A stretch of DNA of 51,629 bases from Chthoniobacteraceae bacterium (GTDB lineage Bacteria; Verrucomicrobiota; Verrucomicrobiia; Chthoniobacterales; Chthoniobacteraceae). A program made the translations under genes and the position numbers. The DNA lies in contig JANNWY010000155.1 of NCBI GenBank assembly GCA_031409335.1, positions 1-51,629 of the forward strand, read 5' to 3'. Below the pieces are notes generated by a model that was not told the origin of the DNA, searched no databases, and saw only the letters and a list, made by a program, of their open reading frames with translations. Within the stretch, counting starts at the first letter, position 1. The number at the start of each line of letters is the position of its first letter. Positions 8,884 through 18,227 of this stretch are shown in pieces.

Positions 8884-9326
8884 TCGGCAGCGTCCTCTTC
8901 TTTTGCCTGCTGCCTCACGACGCGTTTCCATTGAAGTTTTGCCTGTTTGAAATTGAGCAACATTGCAAGGTCGAGATTCGTGATGGCGAGGTAGCCGATC
9001 ATTTGGGAGATGTGATCTTCACAAAAATCTTCGACCACTTTGGGGTCCAGGATGACGAGATCGTCCACGATCAAATCCGGCGTGAGTTTTCCGATGAAAT
9101 GGCCGTCGTAGAAAACCGGATACGACTTCTGTTGATCCACCCGATGACCACGCTTCGCCAATTCAATAACCAGCGCGTTCTCATACAACTTTTCGTTCAA
9201 TCCGGGCCGGAGCGTGGAGAGCACCTTCATCGCCGCCGAGAGGATATCCCGGCTCAACTCTTCATGAATGAATTTCATCATCCACTCCTCCGTGTTTTCC
9301 GCGTCCTCCGCATCCTCCGCGGCAAT
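8819..9326. mobile_element. GxxExxY cassette bounded by 41-bp inverted repeats
   Basis: 8819-8859 attgccgcggaagatgcggaggacacggagtacgcggagga versus the reverse complement of 9286-9326 attgccgcggaggatgcggaggacgcggaaaacacggagga (36/41 identical). The repeats enclose exactly one gene. Confidence 0.6.
8880..9281 (-). CDS. GxxExxY protein (PD-(D/E)XK nuclease-like)
   Basis: MMKFIHEELSRDILSAAMKVLSTLRPGLNEKLYENAL...PDLIVDDLVILDPK...QMIGYL...LLNF: contains GLNEKLY (GxxExxY) and the family C-terminal pattern. Confidence 0.9.
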   Translation of the reverse strand: MMKFIHEELSRDILSAAMKVLSTLRPGLNEKLYENALVIELAKRGHRVDQQKSYPVFYDGHFIGKLTPDLIVDDLVILDPKVVEDFCEDHISQMIGYLAITNLDLAMLLNFKQAKLQWKRVVRQQAKEEDAAE

Positions 9327-9327
9327 T

Positions 9328-9657
9328 CTAGCTCCCGCGATAAGTGCTGTAGGCCCATGGCGTGCAGAGCAGCGGGACGTGATAGCTGGCGGTGGCGTCG
9401 GCGATGTGAAAGCGGATCGGGACGCGGTCGAGGAAGTCAACTTTACCGAAGTACGCGCCAACGTGGAAAACGAGTTCGTATTCATCCGCGTGCAATTCTT
9501 CTCCGATTAAAAGCGGCGCTTCAGTGCGTCCGTCGTCATTTGTCACCACGGTCTTCAGCAGCGCGCCAATGGACAGATTGTAGAGCTCGATTTTCATGCC
9601 GACGGCGGGTTTGCCGCGCGTGAGGTCGAGGACGTGGGTGCTGAGTTTGGCGTTCAT
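9328..9657 (-). CDS. uraH: 5-hydroxyisourate hydrolase (transthyretin-like)
   Basis: [26 protein letters not shown] and C-terminal YRGS. Confidence 0.95.
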   Translation of the reverse strand: MNAKLSTHVLDLTRGKPAVGMKIELYNLSIGALLKTVVTNDDGRTEAPLLIGEELHADEYELVFHVGAYFGKVDFLDRVPIRFHIADATASYHVPLLCTPWAYSTYRGS

Positions 9658-10163
9658 GGTTGGATCAAGTCGGCGAGGCGGAGGCGGGCGATTTTGCAAA
9701 TCTCGGCGAGGGCGGTGAGGCGTTCGGTGTCGGCGGGGTTTTGCAGGCGCGCGGGGAATGCGGCGAGGATCGCGTCCTTTTTGTTCAAGCGCGCGCAGAT
9801 GACGAATGGGAAGCCGAAGCGCGCTTTGTAGTCGCGGTTGTAGCGGTCGAAAAGCGCGGCCTCTTCCACGGATAAATCCGCGAGTCCGGCGGCGGCTTGC
9901 TCGCCTTTCGACTCCGCGGTGAGCACGGCATTCCCCACAAGATCGGGATGCGCGCGGATGATCGCCAGCTGTTCGTCGGTGGTCGCATTCGCCACGGCCT
10001 CGCAGATCGCCGTGTGTAGCGAATCAAGGCTGGCAAAGGGACGGCGGGGCTCGGCGCGTTTGGCGACCCACGGCGAATGCTCGATGGCGGGGCCGACGAC
10101 GCGCACGAATTCCCGGCGGTCCATCGAATTGATGTGCGAAAGCGGATGACTCACGCAGGCCAC
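9654..10163 (-). CDS. uraD: OHCU decarboxylase
   Basis: [46 protein letters not shown] overlap with uraH. The start could also be the GTG at 10154. Confidence 0.92.
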   Translation of the reverse strand: MACVSHPLSHINSMDRREFVRVVGPAIEHSPWVAKRAEPRRPFASLDSLHTAICEAVANATTDEQLAIIRAHPDLVGNAVLTAESKGEQAAAGLADLSVEEAALFDRYNRDYKARFGFPFVICARLNKKDAILAAFPARLQNPADTERLTALAEICKIARLRLADLIQP

Positions 10164-10202
10164 ATTAACTTTGCCGCGTCGCGGACTGCCACGCTATTTC
10201 AT

Positions 10203-11465
10203 ATGCCCATGAGCGCCGCCGTGAATCCGCAACGCACCATCGCCGAACTAAAGGAACTCCGCGCCCTTACCGGCGACGAAAACGGTGCGCAGCGCGTGGC
10301 CTTCACGCCGACGTGGGTGAAAGGGCGCGAGTTCCTGCGGGCGAAGCTGGATGCGATCCCAGCGGAAGTTCACAATGACGCGGCGGGGAACACGTGGGCG
10401 ACCTTGCGCGGTGCGTCGGAAAAGGCGCTACTCATCGGCGGGCACTTCGATTCCGTGCCGAATGGCGGGTGGCTCGATGGCTGCTTGAATGTGCTCGCGG
10501 GCGTCGAGATTCTGCGCCGCATCCACGAGCAATACGACGGCAGGCCGCCGATCACCGTGCGGCTCGTCGATTGGGCGGACGAGGAAGGCGCGCGCTTTGG
10601 AAAAAGCCTTTTCGGTTCCTCCGCGTGCTCGGAAAATCTCGACATGGATGAGGCGCGCGCGCTCGTGGACAAGGACGGCATCAGCCTCCCGGATGCGCTG
10701 CGCGAGCACGGCATCGACTTTGAAAACGTGAAGGCCAGCGGCAGCGAACTGGCAAACGCGGCGGCGTATCTCGAACTCCACATCGAGCAAGGCCCGGTGC
10801 TGCTCGATCTCGATCTGCCGCTCGGCGCGGTGCTCGGCACATTCGGCGTGGAGCGTCACGCGATCACATTTCATGGGCAGGCCGCGCACTCCGGCAGCAC
10901 GCCCATGAATCGCCGCCGCGACGCCTTTCTCGCGGCGGGTAAAATGAGCGCAGAAATCTATCGCATCGCGGAGCGCAGCGGCGCGGGCGTTTGCACGATC
11001 GGCTCCTGCACGACGAAGCCGGGAATCGTCACGAGCGTGGTCGAGGAATGCCGCATCACGCTCGATCAACGGCATCTCGATGCGGCGGCTTTGGATAGGA
11101 TGTTATGCGACGCATGGGACGCATGTGAACGCTTTGCGAAAGAAGGAAACGTCCGAGTTTCGCGGGAGCGCATCTGGCACATCGCGCCGCGGCCTTTTCA
11201 CGACGAACTCATCGCGCTGTGTGACGAGGCGATTCGCGAGACGTGCGGCGTTTCCCATCGCCTGCCGAGCGGCCCATTGCACGATGCCGCCGAGGTCGCC
11301 GCCGCCGGCATCCCGACGGTGATGATGTTCACCCAAAGCCTGCACGGCATCAGCCACAACAAGATCGAGGACACGCGCGAAGAGCATCTCGCGCTGGCCG
11401 TGACGGCATTCGACAAACTCGCGGACAAGGCGATGGCGTGGATCGTCCGCCGACATGCGCATTAA
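10203..11465 (+). CDS. Zn-dependent amidohydrolase, hydantoinase/carbamoylase family (beta-ureidopropionase or ureidoglycolate amidohydrolase-like)
   Basis: GGHFDSVPNGGWLDG, DEEGARFG, ELHIEQGPVL, AHSGSTPM, SGPLHDA, GISH. Divergent from uraD. Confidence 0.85.
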   Translation: MPMSAAVNPQRTIAELKELRALTGDENGAQRVAFTPTWVKGREFLRAKLDAIPAEVHNDAAGNTWATLRGASEKALLIGGHFDSVPNGGWLDGCLNVLAGVEILRRIHEQYDGRPPITVRLVDWADEEGARFGKSLFGSSACSENLDMDEARALVDKDGISLPDALREHGIDFENVKASGSELANAAAYLELHIEQGPVLLDLDLPLGAVLGTFGVERHAITFHGQAAHSGSTPMNRRRDAFLAAGKMSAEIYRIAERSGAGVCTIGSCTTKPGIVTSVVEECRITLDQRHLDAAALDRMLCDAWDACERFAKEGNVRVSRERIWHIAPRPFHDELIALCDEAIRETCGVSHRLPSGPLHDAAEVAAAGIPTVMMFTQSLHGISHNKIEDTREEHLALAVTAFDKLADKAMAWIVRRHAH

Positions 11466-11477
11466 GCATCCATTAAG
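11462..11477 (+). promoter_or_regulatory. Putative OmpR/PmrA-type response-regulator box TTAAG-N6-TTAAG (autoregulatory)
   Basis: ttaag catcca ttaag ends 24 nt before the regulator ATG. The same motif occurs at 15118 and 16972. Confidence 0.55.
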
Positions 11478-11501
11478 GTTACGCGACTTCCTTCCGGCGA
11501 T

Positions 11502-12167
11502 ATGAAACTGCTCATCATCGAAGACTCGCAGCGCCTCCTGCGCGCGCTCGGGAGCGGGCTGCGGAAGATGGGTTACGCGGTCGATCTCGTGGCCGACGGC
11601 GCCGAGGGTCTCGACTACGCGCGCTTCAATGAATACGACGTGATCGTGCTCGATCTGATGCTTCCCTCAATGGATGGCCTCGCCGTCCTCCAGCGGCTCC
11701 GGGCAATCGGACGGAAGACGCACATCCTCATCCTTTCCGCTAAGGATCAGGTCGCGGATCGTGTGCGCGGGCTGCAACTCGGCGCGGACGATTACTTGGT
11801 GAAGCCGTTTTCGTTCGATGAACTTTGCGCGCGCATCCAGTCGCTCGTGCGCCGCCGGTACGGGGAAAAAAATCCCGAGATCGCAGTCGGCGCGCTCGTG
11901 CTGAACACGGCGGCGCGCACCGTGTCGCGCGACGGGCGGCGCGTGAATCTCACGCCGGCGGAGTACTGCATTTTCGAGCACCTCGCGCTGAACCGCGGGC
12001 GTGTGCTTTCCAAGGAGCAGCTCATCGACGCGATCCACGACGGCGAATCCTGCACGGGCGCAAACGTGATCGAGGTGCTCGTCTGCACGCTGCGCAAAAA
12101 GATCGACGCCGGCGGAGCGGCGTCCGCCATCGAGACGCGGCGCGGCCACGGCTACTGCATCGGGTGA
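11502..12167 (+). CDS. OmpR/PhoB-family response regulator
   Basis: IIED, LDLMLP, LSAK, GADDYLVKPF receiver domain; wHTH ending IETRRGHGY. Confidence 0.95.
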   Translation: MKLLIIEDSQRLLRALGSGLRKMGYAVDLVADGAEGLDYARFNEYDVIVLDLMLPSMDGLAVLQRLRAIGRKTHILILSAKDQVADRVRGLQLGADDYLVKPFSFDELCARIQSLVRRRYGEKNPEIAVGALVLNTAARTVSRDGRRVNLTPAEYCIFEHLALNRGRVLSKEQLIDAIHDGESCTGANVIEVLVCTLRKKIDAGGAASAIETRRGHGYCIG

Positions 12168-13624
12168 AATCGATCCGCCGCGAACTCACGATTCAAATTC
12201 TCGCGGGCGCGCTGGCGATGCTGCTCGTGGCGGGCGTGGTTTTTTTCGCGGCGATCCATCATTGGCTCGTCGCGGATTTCGACCGGATGCTGGAGGCGGA
12301 GGCGACGGTGCTGGAGCGCAACGCGGAGCGGAAGGGGCGCGTCATCGTTTGGGATGTGCCGGATACCTTTTCGGAGGGTTCGCGCCACAACGCGAATCCC
12401 GGATTCTGCCAGCTTTTCCTGGAAGACGGCACGGTCGCCGGGCTTTCGCAGACGCTCGGCGCAGATGATCTGCCGCGGGTCGCGGGCCGCGCGCGGAGCG
12501 TGCGAAATGTGCGGCTGCCGAACGGGCGGCGCGGGCGCATTTTGCAGCGCACGTTCCGCCTCGCGTCGGACGATTCCGATCCGCAATTCGTCGCGGACGA
12601 TCCGCGCGAGCAGACCTTCGCGATTCCCGAAACGCTGGACGTGGCGGACCTGCATCTCGCGCTCGTGGTGGGGCACAGCCGCGAGGATCTCGACCGTCTG
12701 CTCATGGCGCTCGGGCTCGCGGGCGGCGCGGTGGCGGTGCTGCTTTCGGGCGGTCTGGCGCTGCTGGTGCGGCGCTCGATCGCGCGCGGTCTGCGCCCGA
12801 TCGACGAGATGAATGCGCAGATCGCCGCGATCGCTCCCGACGCGCTGGCGGCGCGGCTGAAGGTCGCCGAGCCGCCGGTGGAACTCGCGGAAATCGAGAC
12901 GACGGTGAACCGGCTGCTCGATCGCGTGGAGCGCGCTTTTGAAAAGGAGCGCCGCTTTTCCAGCGACCTCGCGCACGAGCTGCGCACGCCGATCGCGGAG
13001 CTGCGCGCGGCGTGCGAAGTGGGCGGGAAGTGGCCGGAGGATGTGGAGGAAACGCGGCAGTTTTTTCAGGACACGGGCGCGATCGCGCTGCATTTGGGAA
13101 AGATCGTCGCGACGATGTTGACGCTGGCGCATTCCGAAAGCGGCGGAGCTTCGGTGCAGTCGCGGCGCTTTCCCCTGCGCCCGCTCGTGCGCGAATGTTG
13201 GCAGCACGCGGCGGCGGGCGCGGCGGCGAAAAATTTGCGCTTCGACGAACGCATCGCGCCCGATCTCGCGGTCGAGTGTGACGAGGACAAACTGCGGATG
13301 ATCGTCCGCAATCTCGCGGACAACGCGGTGGCGCACAGCGATCCCGGCACGACGGTGGAATGCCGCACGGAGGCGACGCCGGATGGCGTCGAGCTGCGGC
13401 TCGCGAACATGGCGCACGATCTCAGCCGCGCCGATCTCGATCACGTCTTCGACCGCTTCTGGCGGAAGGACGCGGCGCGCACCGACCGCAACCACATCGG
13501 CCTCGGCCTTTCGATCGCGCGCGGGCTGTGCGAGCTGCTCGGCCTGCGCCTGAGCCTCGATCTGCGCGAGGACCGCCGCTTCGAGGCGCGCATCGTTTTT
13601 CCCGCCGCAAAACACTCCGCATGA
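12164..13624 (+). CDS. Sensor histidine kinase (2 TM, HAMP, HisKA, HATPase)
   Basis: GTG start overlapping the regulator stop. Two hydrophobic segments, FSSDLAHELRTP, NLADNAVAHS, VFDRFWR, GLGLSI. Confidence 0.93.
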   Translation: MKSIRRELTIQILAGALAMLLVAGVVFFAAIHHWLVADFDRMLEAEATVLERNAERKGRVIVWDVPDTFSEGSRHNANPGFCQLFLEDGTVAGLSQTLGADDLPRVAGRARSVRNVRLPNGRRGRILQRTFRLASDDSDPQFVADDPREQTFAIPETLDVADLHLALVVGHSREDLDRLLMALGLAGGAVAVLLSGGLALLVRRSIARGLRPIDEMNAQIAAIAPDALAARLKVAEPPVELAEIETTVNRLLDRVERAFEKERRFSSDLAHELRTPIAELRAACEVGGKWPEDVEETRQFFQDTGAIALHLGKIVATMLTLAHSESGGASVQSRRFPLRPLVRECWQHAAAGAAAKNLRFDERIAPDLAVECDEDKLRMIVRNLADNAVAHSDPGTTVECRTEATPDGVELRLANMAHDLSRADLDHVFDRFWRKDAARTDRNHIGLGLSIARGLCELLGLRLSLDLREDRRFEARIVFPAAKHSA

Positions 13625-14313
13625 AAACTCCACCGACCACCGCCGCGCGCGCGCTGCTTTTCCTCGCGGCCTTTTCCGCACTCGCGAGCGAACCGTACCG
13701 TCCCGCCATCGCGCCCGCGAATTTCACGCATGTCGTGAGCAATCCGTATCTCCCGCTCGTGCCTGGGACGACGTTCCTTTTCATGGAAAAGGAGGGCCGT
13801 GAAATGCGCGAAAACAAGATCACGGTGACGCACGACACGAAGACGATCCTGGGTGTGAAATGCGTCGTGGTGCGCGAGACGGTGACGCTGGATGGCGTGC
13901 TGAAAGAGGACACGCTCGATTGGTTCGCGCAGGATCGGGCGGGGACGGTTTGGTATTTCGGCGAGGCGACGCGGGAGTTCAAAAGCGGCGGACGCGTGCT
14001 CACGGCGGGCTCGTGGGAGGCAGGAGTGAATGGCGCGCAGCCGGGGATCGTGATGCCCGCGCGCCCGCGCATTGGCGAACGCTACCGCCAGGAATACGCC
14101 GCGAACGAAGCGGAGGACGTGGGCCAGATCGCGGCGCTGGATGAGACGGTGACCGTGCCTTTCGGAACATTCACCGGATGCGTGCGGACGCGCGAATGGT
14201 CGATGCTGGAATCCGGCACGGCGAAGAAATGGTACGCGAAAGGCGTGGGGCTCGTGCGCGCGGAAGCCACGGGCGGTGAAGTGACGACGCTGATCTCGGT
14301 GACGCGGAAATGA
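13621..14313 (+). CDS. Secreted conserved hypothetical protein (paralogue of 17094-18092)
   Basis: Signal-like N-terminus. NPYLPLVPG, EDTLDWFAQDRAGTVWYFGE, GSWEAGVNGAQPG, YRQE, VTVPFGTF, KWYAKGVG. ATGA coupling to the kinase gene. Confidence 0.8.
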   Translation: MKTPPTTAARALLFLAAFSALASEPYRPAIAPANFTHVVSNPYLPLVPGTTFLFMEKEGREMRENKITVTHDTKTILGVKCVVVRETVTLDGVLKEDTLDWFAQDRAGTVWYFGEATREFKSGGRVLTAGSWEAGVNGAQPGIVMPARPRIGERYRQEYAANEAEDVGQIAALDETVTVPFGTFTGCVRTREWSMLESGTAKKWYAKGVGLVRAEATGGEVTTLISVTRK

Positions 14314-15092
14314 GCGCCGCGCGTTTCCTCCGAATCCGCTGCGCCGTGCTGCTCACCGCGGCGCTGCTGGCGGGCGCGCCGCCTGCCGTGGCGCGGCTGA
14401 AAAAGACGCGCTCCTCCGCCTCGTCCACGGCGACCACGCCATCGCTGCTGACGCCTTTTTACTCGCTGATCGTTGGCGGCGGCGTGGAGTATCAATCGGA
14501 CGACGAGCAGACGGAGTGGGGCTTTCCCATTTTGATCGAGTACCAGTTTTCCGAACGGATCACGCTGACCATCGAGCCGATGTTTGCGAGCATTCGCGGG
14601 AAGCAGCCGGGCGTGCGTTCGGTGAGCGGATTTGGCGATCTCGAGACGACGCTGGATTATGAATTTCTGCGCGAGCGCCGCTACCGACCCGCGTTCAGCG
14701 TGGAGGGAAAAATCCGATGGCCCACCGCGGCTGACCCGGACCTCGGCGAGCGCGGGCGCGATTACACGCTCGGCCTGATCGCGAGCAAGGATCTCGTCCT
14801 GATCGCAGTCGATCTGAACGTGCTCTACACCTTCAGCGGCGACCGCGCGCGGGAGGACACGATCGAGATCGCGCTCGGCGTCGGATGGCGCGTGAATCGT
14901 TACGTGGACTTGATCGGCGAGGTGTCCCACGTGCGGCGGATGGGAAGGAGCGATCAAAGTGAAACCGAAGGCACCGTCGGGCTGGCGTGGCAGGTCAGCG
15001 AGTTCCTGAAATGCGAACAGGGAATCGTTTTCAAGGAACACGGAATTCGGGAAGTGGTCTTCGCGTGGGAATGGAATTTCGGCGGCGAGTAG
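14310..15092 (+). CDS. Putative outer-membrane beta-barrel (MetA-pathway/SphA-like transporter family)
   Basis: Signal peptide, alternating amphipathic strands, GFGDL, PTA, and an aromatic C-terminal strand (FAWEWNF). Confidence 0.6.
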   Translation: MSAARFLRIRCAVLLTAALLAGAPPAVARLKKTRSSASSTATTPSLLTPFYSLIVGGGVEYQSDDEQTEWGFPILIEYQFSERITLTIEPMFASIRGKQPGVRSVSGFGDLETTLDYEFLRERRYRPAFSVEGKIRWPTAADPDLGERGRDYTLGLIASKDLVLIAVDLNVLYTFSGDRAREDTIEIALGVGWRVNRYVDLIGEVSHVRRMGRSDQSETEGTVGLAWQVSEFLKCEQGIVFKEHGIREVVFAWEWNFGGE

Positions 15093-15102
15093 CAGTGCGG
15101 CA

Positions 15103-15271
15103 AAATACCTGCGCGGATTAAGCGGCGATTAAGGCGCGTGGAGTTTGCTCCCACGCATCCGCAATTCCTCCCGACCCCGATGCGTCGTGAAAATCACGCG
15201 CCCGGCAGCGCCGGGAAAAAACACGCGGACCTTTCGAAACATGAAGACCGCGAACATCACATCGAACATTC
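15103..15271 (+). promoter_or_regulatory. Duplicated leader, copy 1 (TTAAG-N6-TTAAG box at 15118-15133, hairpins, first codons)
   Basis: Collinear similarity to 16956-17124. Confidence 0.65.
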
Positions 15272-16929
15272 CCGCCGCCGTCGAATCACTCGAAGCGCGC
15301 ATCGCACCTGCCGGCATCGTCCTCGCCGTCTATGAACCCGCGACGCACGCGCTCACGCTGACCGGCGACGATTTGGACAACAAGGTCGCCATTTTCCAAA
15401 CCAGCGCGACCACCTGGCGGGTGGAGGGCCGCGAGACCTTTGGGACGGACCCAGTGCTGGAAACGGCGATCAATGAACTCGGCGAAACCCAGTTCGATGT
15501 CGGCACCATCGCGAAGCTGAACATCGTGACCGCTGGCGGGGCCGACCGCGTGGAGATCACCAATCTTTATGACCTCACCGCGTTCAGCGCGGACATGGGT
15601 GCGGGCGACGACTCTTTGAAAACCGAAGGTTTCCGCGTCAATGGTAACGCGGCCTTCACCACCGGCGCAGGCGTGGACAGCGTCGAGTTCGATGGGAATC
15701 TCGGCAGAATCACGGGCGACCTCAGCATCACCGACAGCGGCGACGGGCTGACCTTTACCTTTCGCGCGGAGCGCACGCGCATCGGCGGTAACGTCACTTA
15801 CACTGGCAGCGCTGGCATTGATGTTTTGACCATGACAACCGACACGATGCTGACCGTCGGCAAAGGGATCGACTTCACGGCCAATGGCGGAAACGACCGG
15901 CTCGTTTTCGGGAACGAAGGTACCGTCGCCATCGGACGCGGCGCGCAGGGTCGCTCGGTGGTTTTCCACGGTGGCGATGGCAATGACCGGATCGCAATCA
16001 ACAGCAGCATCGTCACGCTCGGAGGCTCGGTGGAAATGGACGGCGGTGCTGGCAACGACACGCTCGATGTCGATGGATTGCGCGTCGCGATCGGCAAGTC
16101 CCGCGCCGGCATTTCCGTCCGCCTCAACGGTGAAGCCGGCAAGGACCAGATCGACCTCCAGGGCAGCACTCTCACCGTCGCAGGGTTCATTCAGATGGAC
16201 GGTGGTGCGGGGGATGACCTGCTTGATCTCTCCAGTGTGCATCGCCTCTTGCTTAGGGGCGGGACCCACTTCACCGGCGGCGCAGGCTTCGATGAATTCA
16301 GGTTGGGTGCGGATGCTCTCCATGTCCGGGGCGATCTTTTCTTCGACGGTGGTGACGATTTCGACGAAGCAGAGATCGAAGCCAACGGCATCATCAAAGG
16401 AGCCGTGACCCTCAACCTCGGCGGCGCGACCACGGGCGATCAAATCGCGGCGGTCCTCGGGCGGAGCGGGATGCGCGACGGTTTGGAAATCACCGGCGCG
16501 CTGACGGTCGATGCGACCGGCGACGCCGCGGCGAACGACGACTGCAAGTTCACCAACCTCAGACTTGGCGGCCTACTTTCAATAAAGCTCGGCGAGGGTG
16601 CGAGCGCCGTGGATATGGATAACGTGAACGCACTGGCCGTGATCATTGAAACGCGTGGCGGCAACGACGAAGTCCAGATCGAGGGCGACGGCAACTTTGG
16701 CGTCTCGACCTTCCGCAACCGGACTTCGATCCTCCTCGGCGCGGGCGACGACAGCCTGCTCATCGGCGAAGGCTCGGAAGACAACCTCGTGCGCTTCCAA
16801 CGCAACGTGACTGCCGACGGGGGCGAAGGGAGTGACACGCGTAACGACATCGCCGCTGACAACGAACTCGACGACACGGCGCGCTTCGTGGATGATGCCT
16901 TCGAGGTCGTTCTCACGCCTGCCACGTGA
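15241..16929 (+). CDS. Secreted LEPR-XLL-type protein with RTX-like GGxGxD repeats (beta-helix/beta-roll)
   Basis: N-terminal ESLEARIAPA motif; many GGAGND/GGDGND/GAGDD repeats. Confidence 0.75.
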   Translation: MKTANITSNIPAAVESLEARIAPAGIVLAVYEPATHALTLTGDDLDNKVAIFQTSATTWRVEGRETFGTDPVLETAINELGETQFDVGTIAKLNIVTAGGADRVEITNLYDLTAFSADMGAGDDSLKTEGFRVNGNAAFTTGAGVDSVEFDGNLGRITGDLSITDSGDGLTFTFRAERTRIGGNVTYTGSAGIDVLTMTTDTMLTVGKGIDFTANGGNDRLVFGNEGTVAIGRGAQGRSVVFHGGDGNDRIAINSSIVTLGGSVEMDGGAGNDTLDVDGLRVAIGKSRAGISVRLNGEAGKDQIDLQGSTLTVAGFIQMDGGAGDDLLDLSSVHRLLLRGGTHFTGGAGFDEFRLGADALHVRGDLFFDGGDDFDEAEIEANGIIKGAVTLNLGGATTGDQIAAVLGRSGMRDGLEITGALTVDATGDAAANDDCKFTNLRLGGLLSIKLGEGASAVDMDNVNALAVIIETRGGNDEVQIEGDGNFGVSTFRNRTSILLGAGDDSLLIGEGSEDNLVRFQRNVTADGGEGSDTRNDIAADNELDDTARFVDDAFEVVLTPAT

Positions 16930-16955
16930 TCGGAGCAATAGGTCTCGTTTTCTTG

Positions 16956-17124
16956 AAATAGGCAGCCCGGGTTAAGCGGCGGTTAAGGCGGGCGCGATTG
17001 ATTGCACGCATCCGCACTTCATCCCGGCCCGGAAGCGTCGTGAAAACCACGCGCTCCGAAGCGCCGGGATCCACCGCGCGGACAAATCGAAAAATGAAAA
17101 CAGCAAGCCAAACATCCGACATTC
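16956..17124 (+). promoter_or_regulatory. Duplicated leader, copy 2 (TTAAG-N6-TTAAG box at 16972-16987)
   Basis: Collinear similarity to 15103-15271. The peptide starts are MKTASQTSDI and MKTANITSNI. Confidence 0.65.
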
Positions 17125-18092
17125 ACACCACGTCCCGGCACCGGAGAGCCCAATGGCTCGCCGCGTTGACGGCGCTCATCATCCCGATCGCAGTCGAGGC
17201 CGGCCCGCCGGACTCGCGGCTGGCGAAATGCGAGCCGTGCATCGGCACGGCGCGCTATTTGAACCGCGCTTCCTTGAGCGAAGCACTCGCGGATTTCAAC
17301 ACGGCCCTCGCCAACGCCAACAACGAGGCAACTCCGGCAGCGCGCGCCGCGATAAAAAGGCAGGCACTCGAAGATTACGAAGACGCGCTGGAACTCGCCA
17401 AACAGCAATTGCGCGAGCGTCGTGAGCTTTGCGAAGAGCTCGACGAAGAACGCTACAACCCAGTCATCAAACAGGCCGACTTCCTGAGCGCCGCGGAGAT
17501 CGCCGCCAGTCCGAATCCATTGTTCCCGCTGGTGCCCGGCACCACCACCAACTATCGCGCCGAAACGCCGGAGGGCGTCGAGACGGTTGAGTTCACCGTG
17601 ACGCGCAATACGCGCACGATTCTCGGCATCACCTGCATCGTCGTGCGCGACATCGTGAAGCTCGATGGCTCGGTGATCGAGGACACGCTCGATTGGTTCG
17701 CGCAGGATCGCAGCGGGAATGTGTGGTACTTCGGCGAGAACGTGGCGGACTACGAAGGCGGGCTCATCGTGTCCACCGCAGGCTCGTGGGAAGCCGGCGT
17801 CGCGGGCGCGAAGCCGGGGATCATCATGTTTGCACAGCCGGTCGTCGGGAAAGTGTACCGGCAGGAACTTTTCCTCGGTGAAGCGGAGGACGCGGCGGAA
17901 ATCCTCGCGCTCGACGAATCCATCACCGTCCCCGCAGGCACCTACACGCACTGCCTGCAAACCGAGGATTTTACCCCGATCGATCCCGACGTGAAGGAGA
18001 TCAAGTATTACGCGCCCGGCATCGGTAACGTGCTCACGATCAAACCCGACACGGGCAAGCGCACGGAATTGATTTCGATCGTGCGGAACTGA
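17094..18092 (+). CDS. Secreted conserved hypothetical protein (helical N-domain plus a domain paralogous to 13621-14313)
   Basis: Signal-like segment. NPLFPLVPG, EDTLDWFAQDRSGNVWYFGE, GSWEAGVAGAKPG, YRQE, TVPAGTY, KYYAPGIG. Confidence 0.8.
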   Translation: MKTASQTSDIHTTSRHRRAQWLAALTALIIPIAVEAGPPDSRLAKCEPCIGTARYLNRASLSEALADFNTALANANNEATPAARAAIKRQALEDYEDALELAKQQLRERRELCEELDEERYNPVIKQADFLSAAEIAASPNPLFPLVPGTTTNYRAETPEGVETVEFTVTRNTRTILGITCIVVRDIVKLDGSVIEDTLDWFAQDRSGNVWYFGENVADYEGGLIVSTAGSWEAGVAGAKPGIIMFAQPVVGKVYRQELFLGEAEDAAEILALDESITVPAGTYTHCLQTEDFTPIDPDVKEIKYYAPGIGNVLTIKPDTGKRTELISIVRN

Positions 18093-18122
18093 TTCCAGCG
18101 GACACTTCGCCGCCTCCGGCAC

Positions 18123-18166
18123 CCGGCGCACTTCGCGGATTTGTGTTCGCGCGGTGCGCCGGTTTT
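18123..18166 (+). terminator. Possible intrinsic terminator
   Basis: ccggcgcac...gtgcgccgg stem followed by tttt, 30 nt after the stop. Confidence 0.35.
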
Positions 18167-18227
18167 CTCGCGCAAGCGGCGACTTGCCGCTTGAACAGGA
18201 CCGGGCGGCGAACGCACGCTTGCGTCT

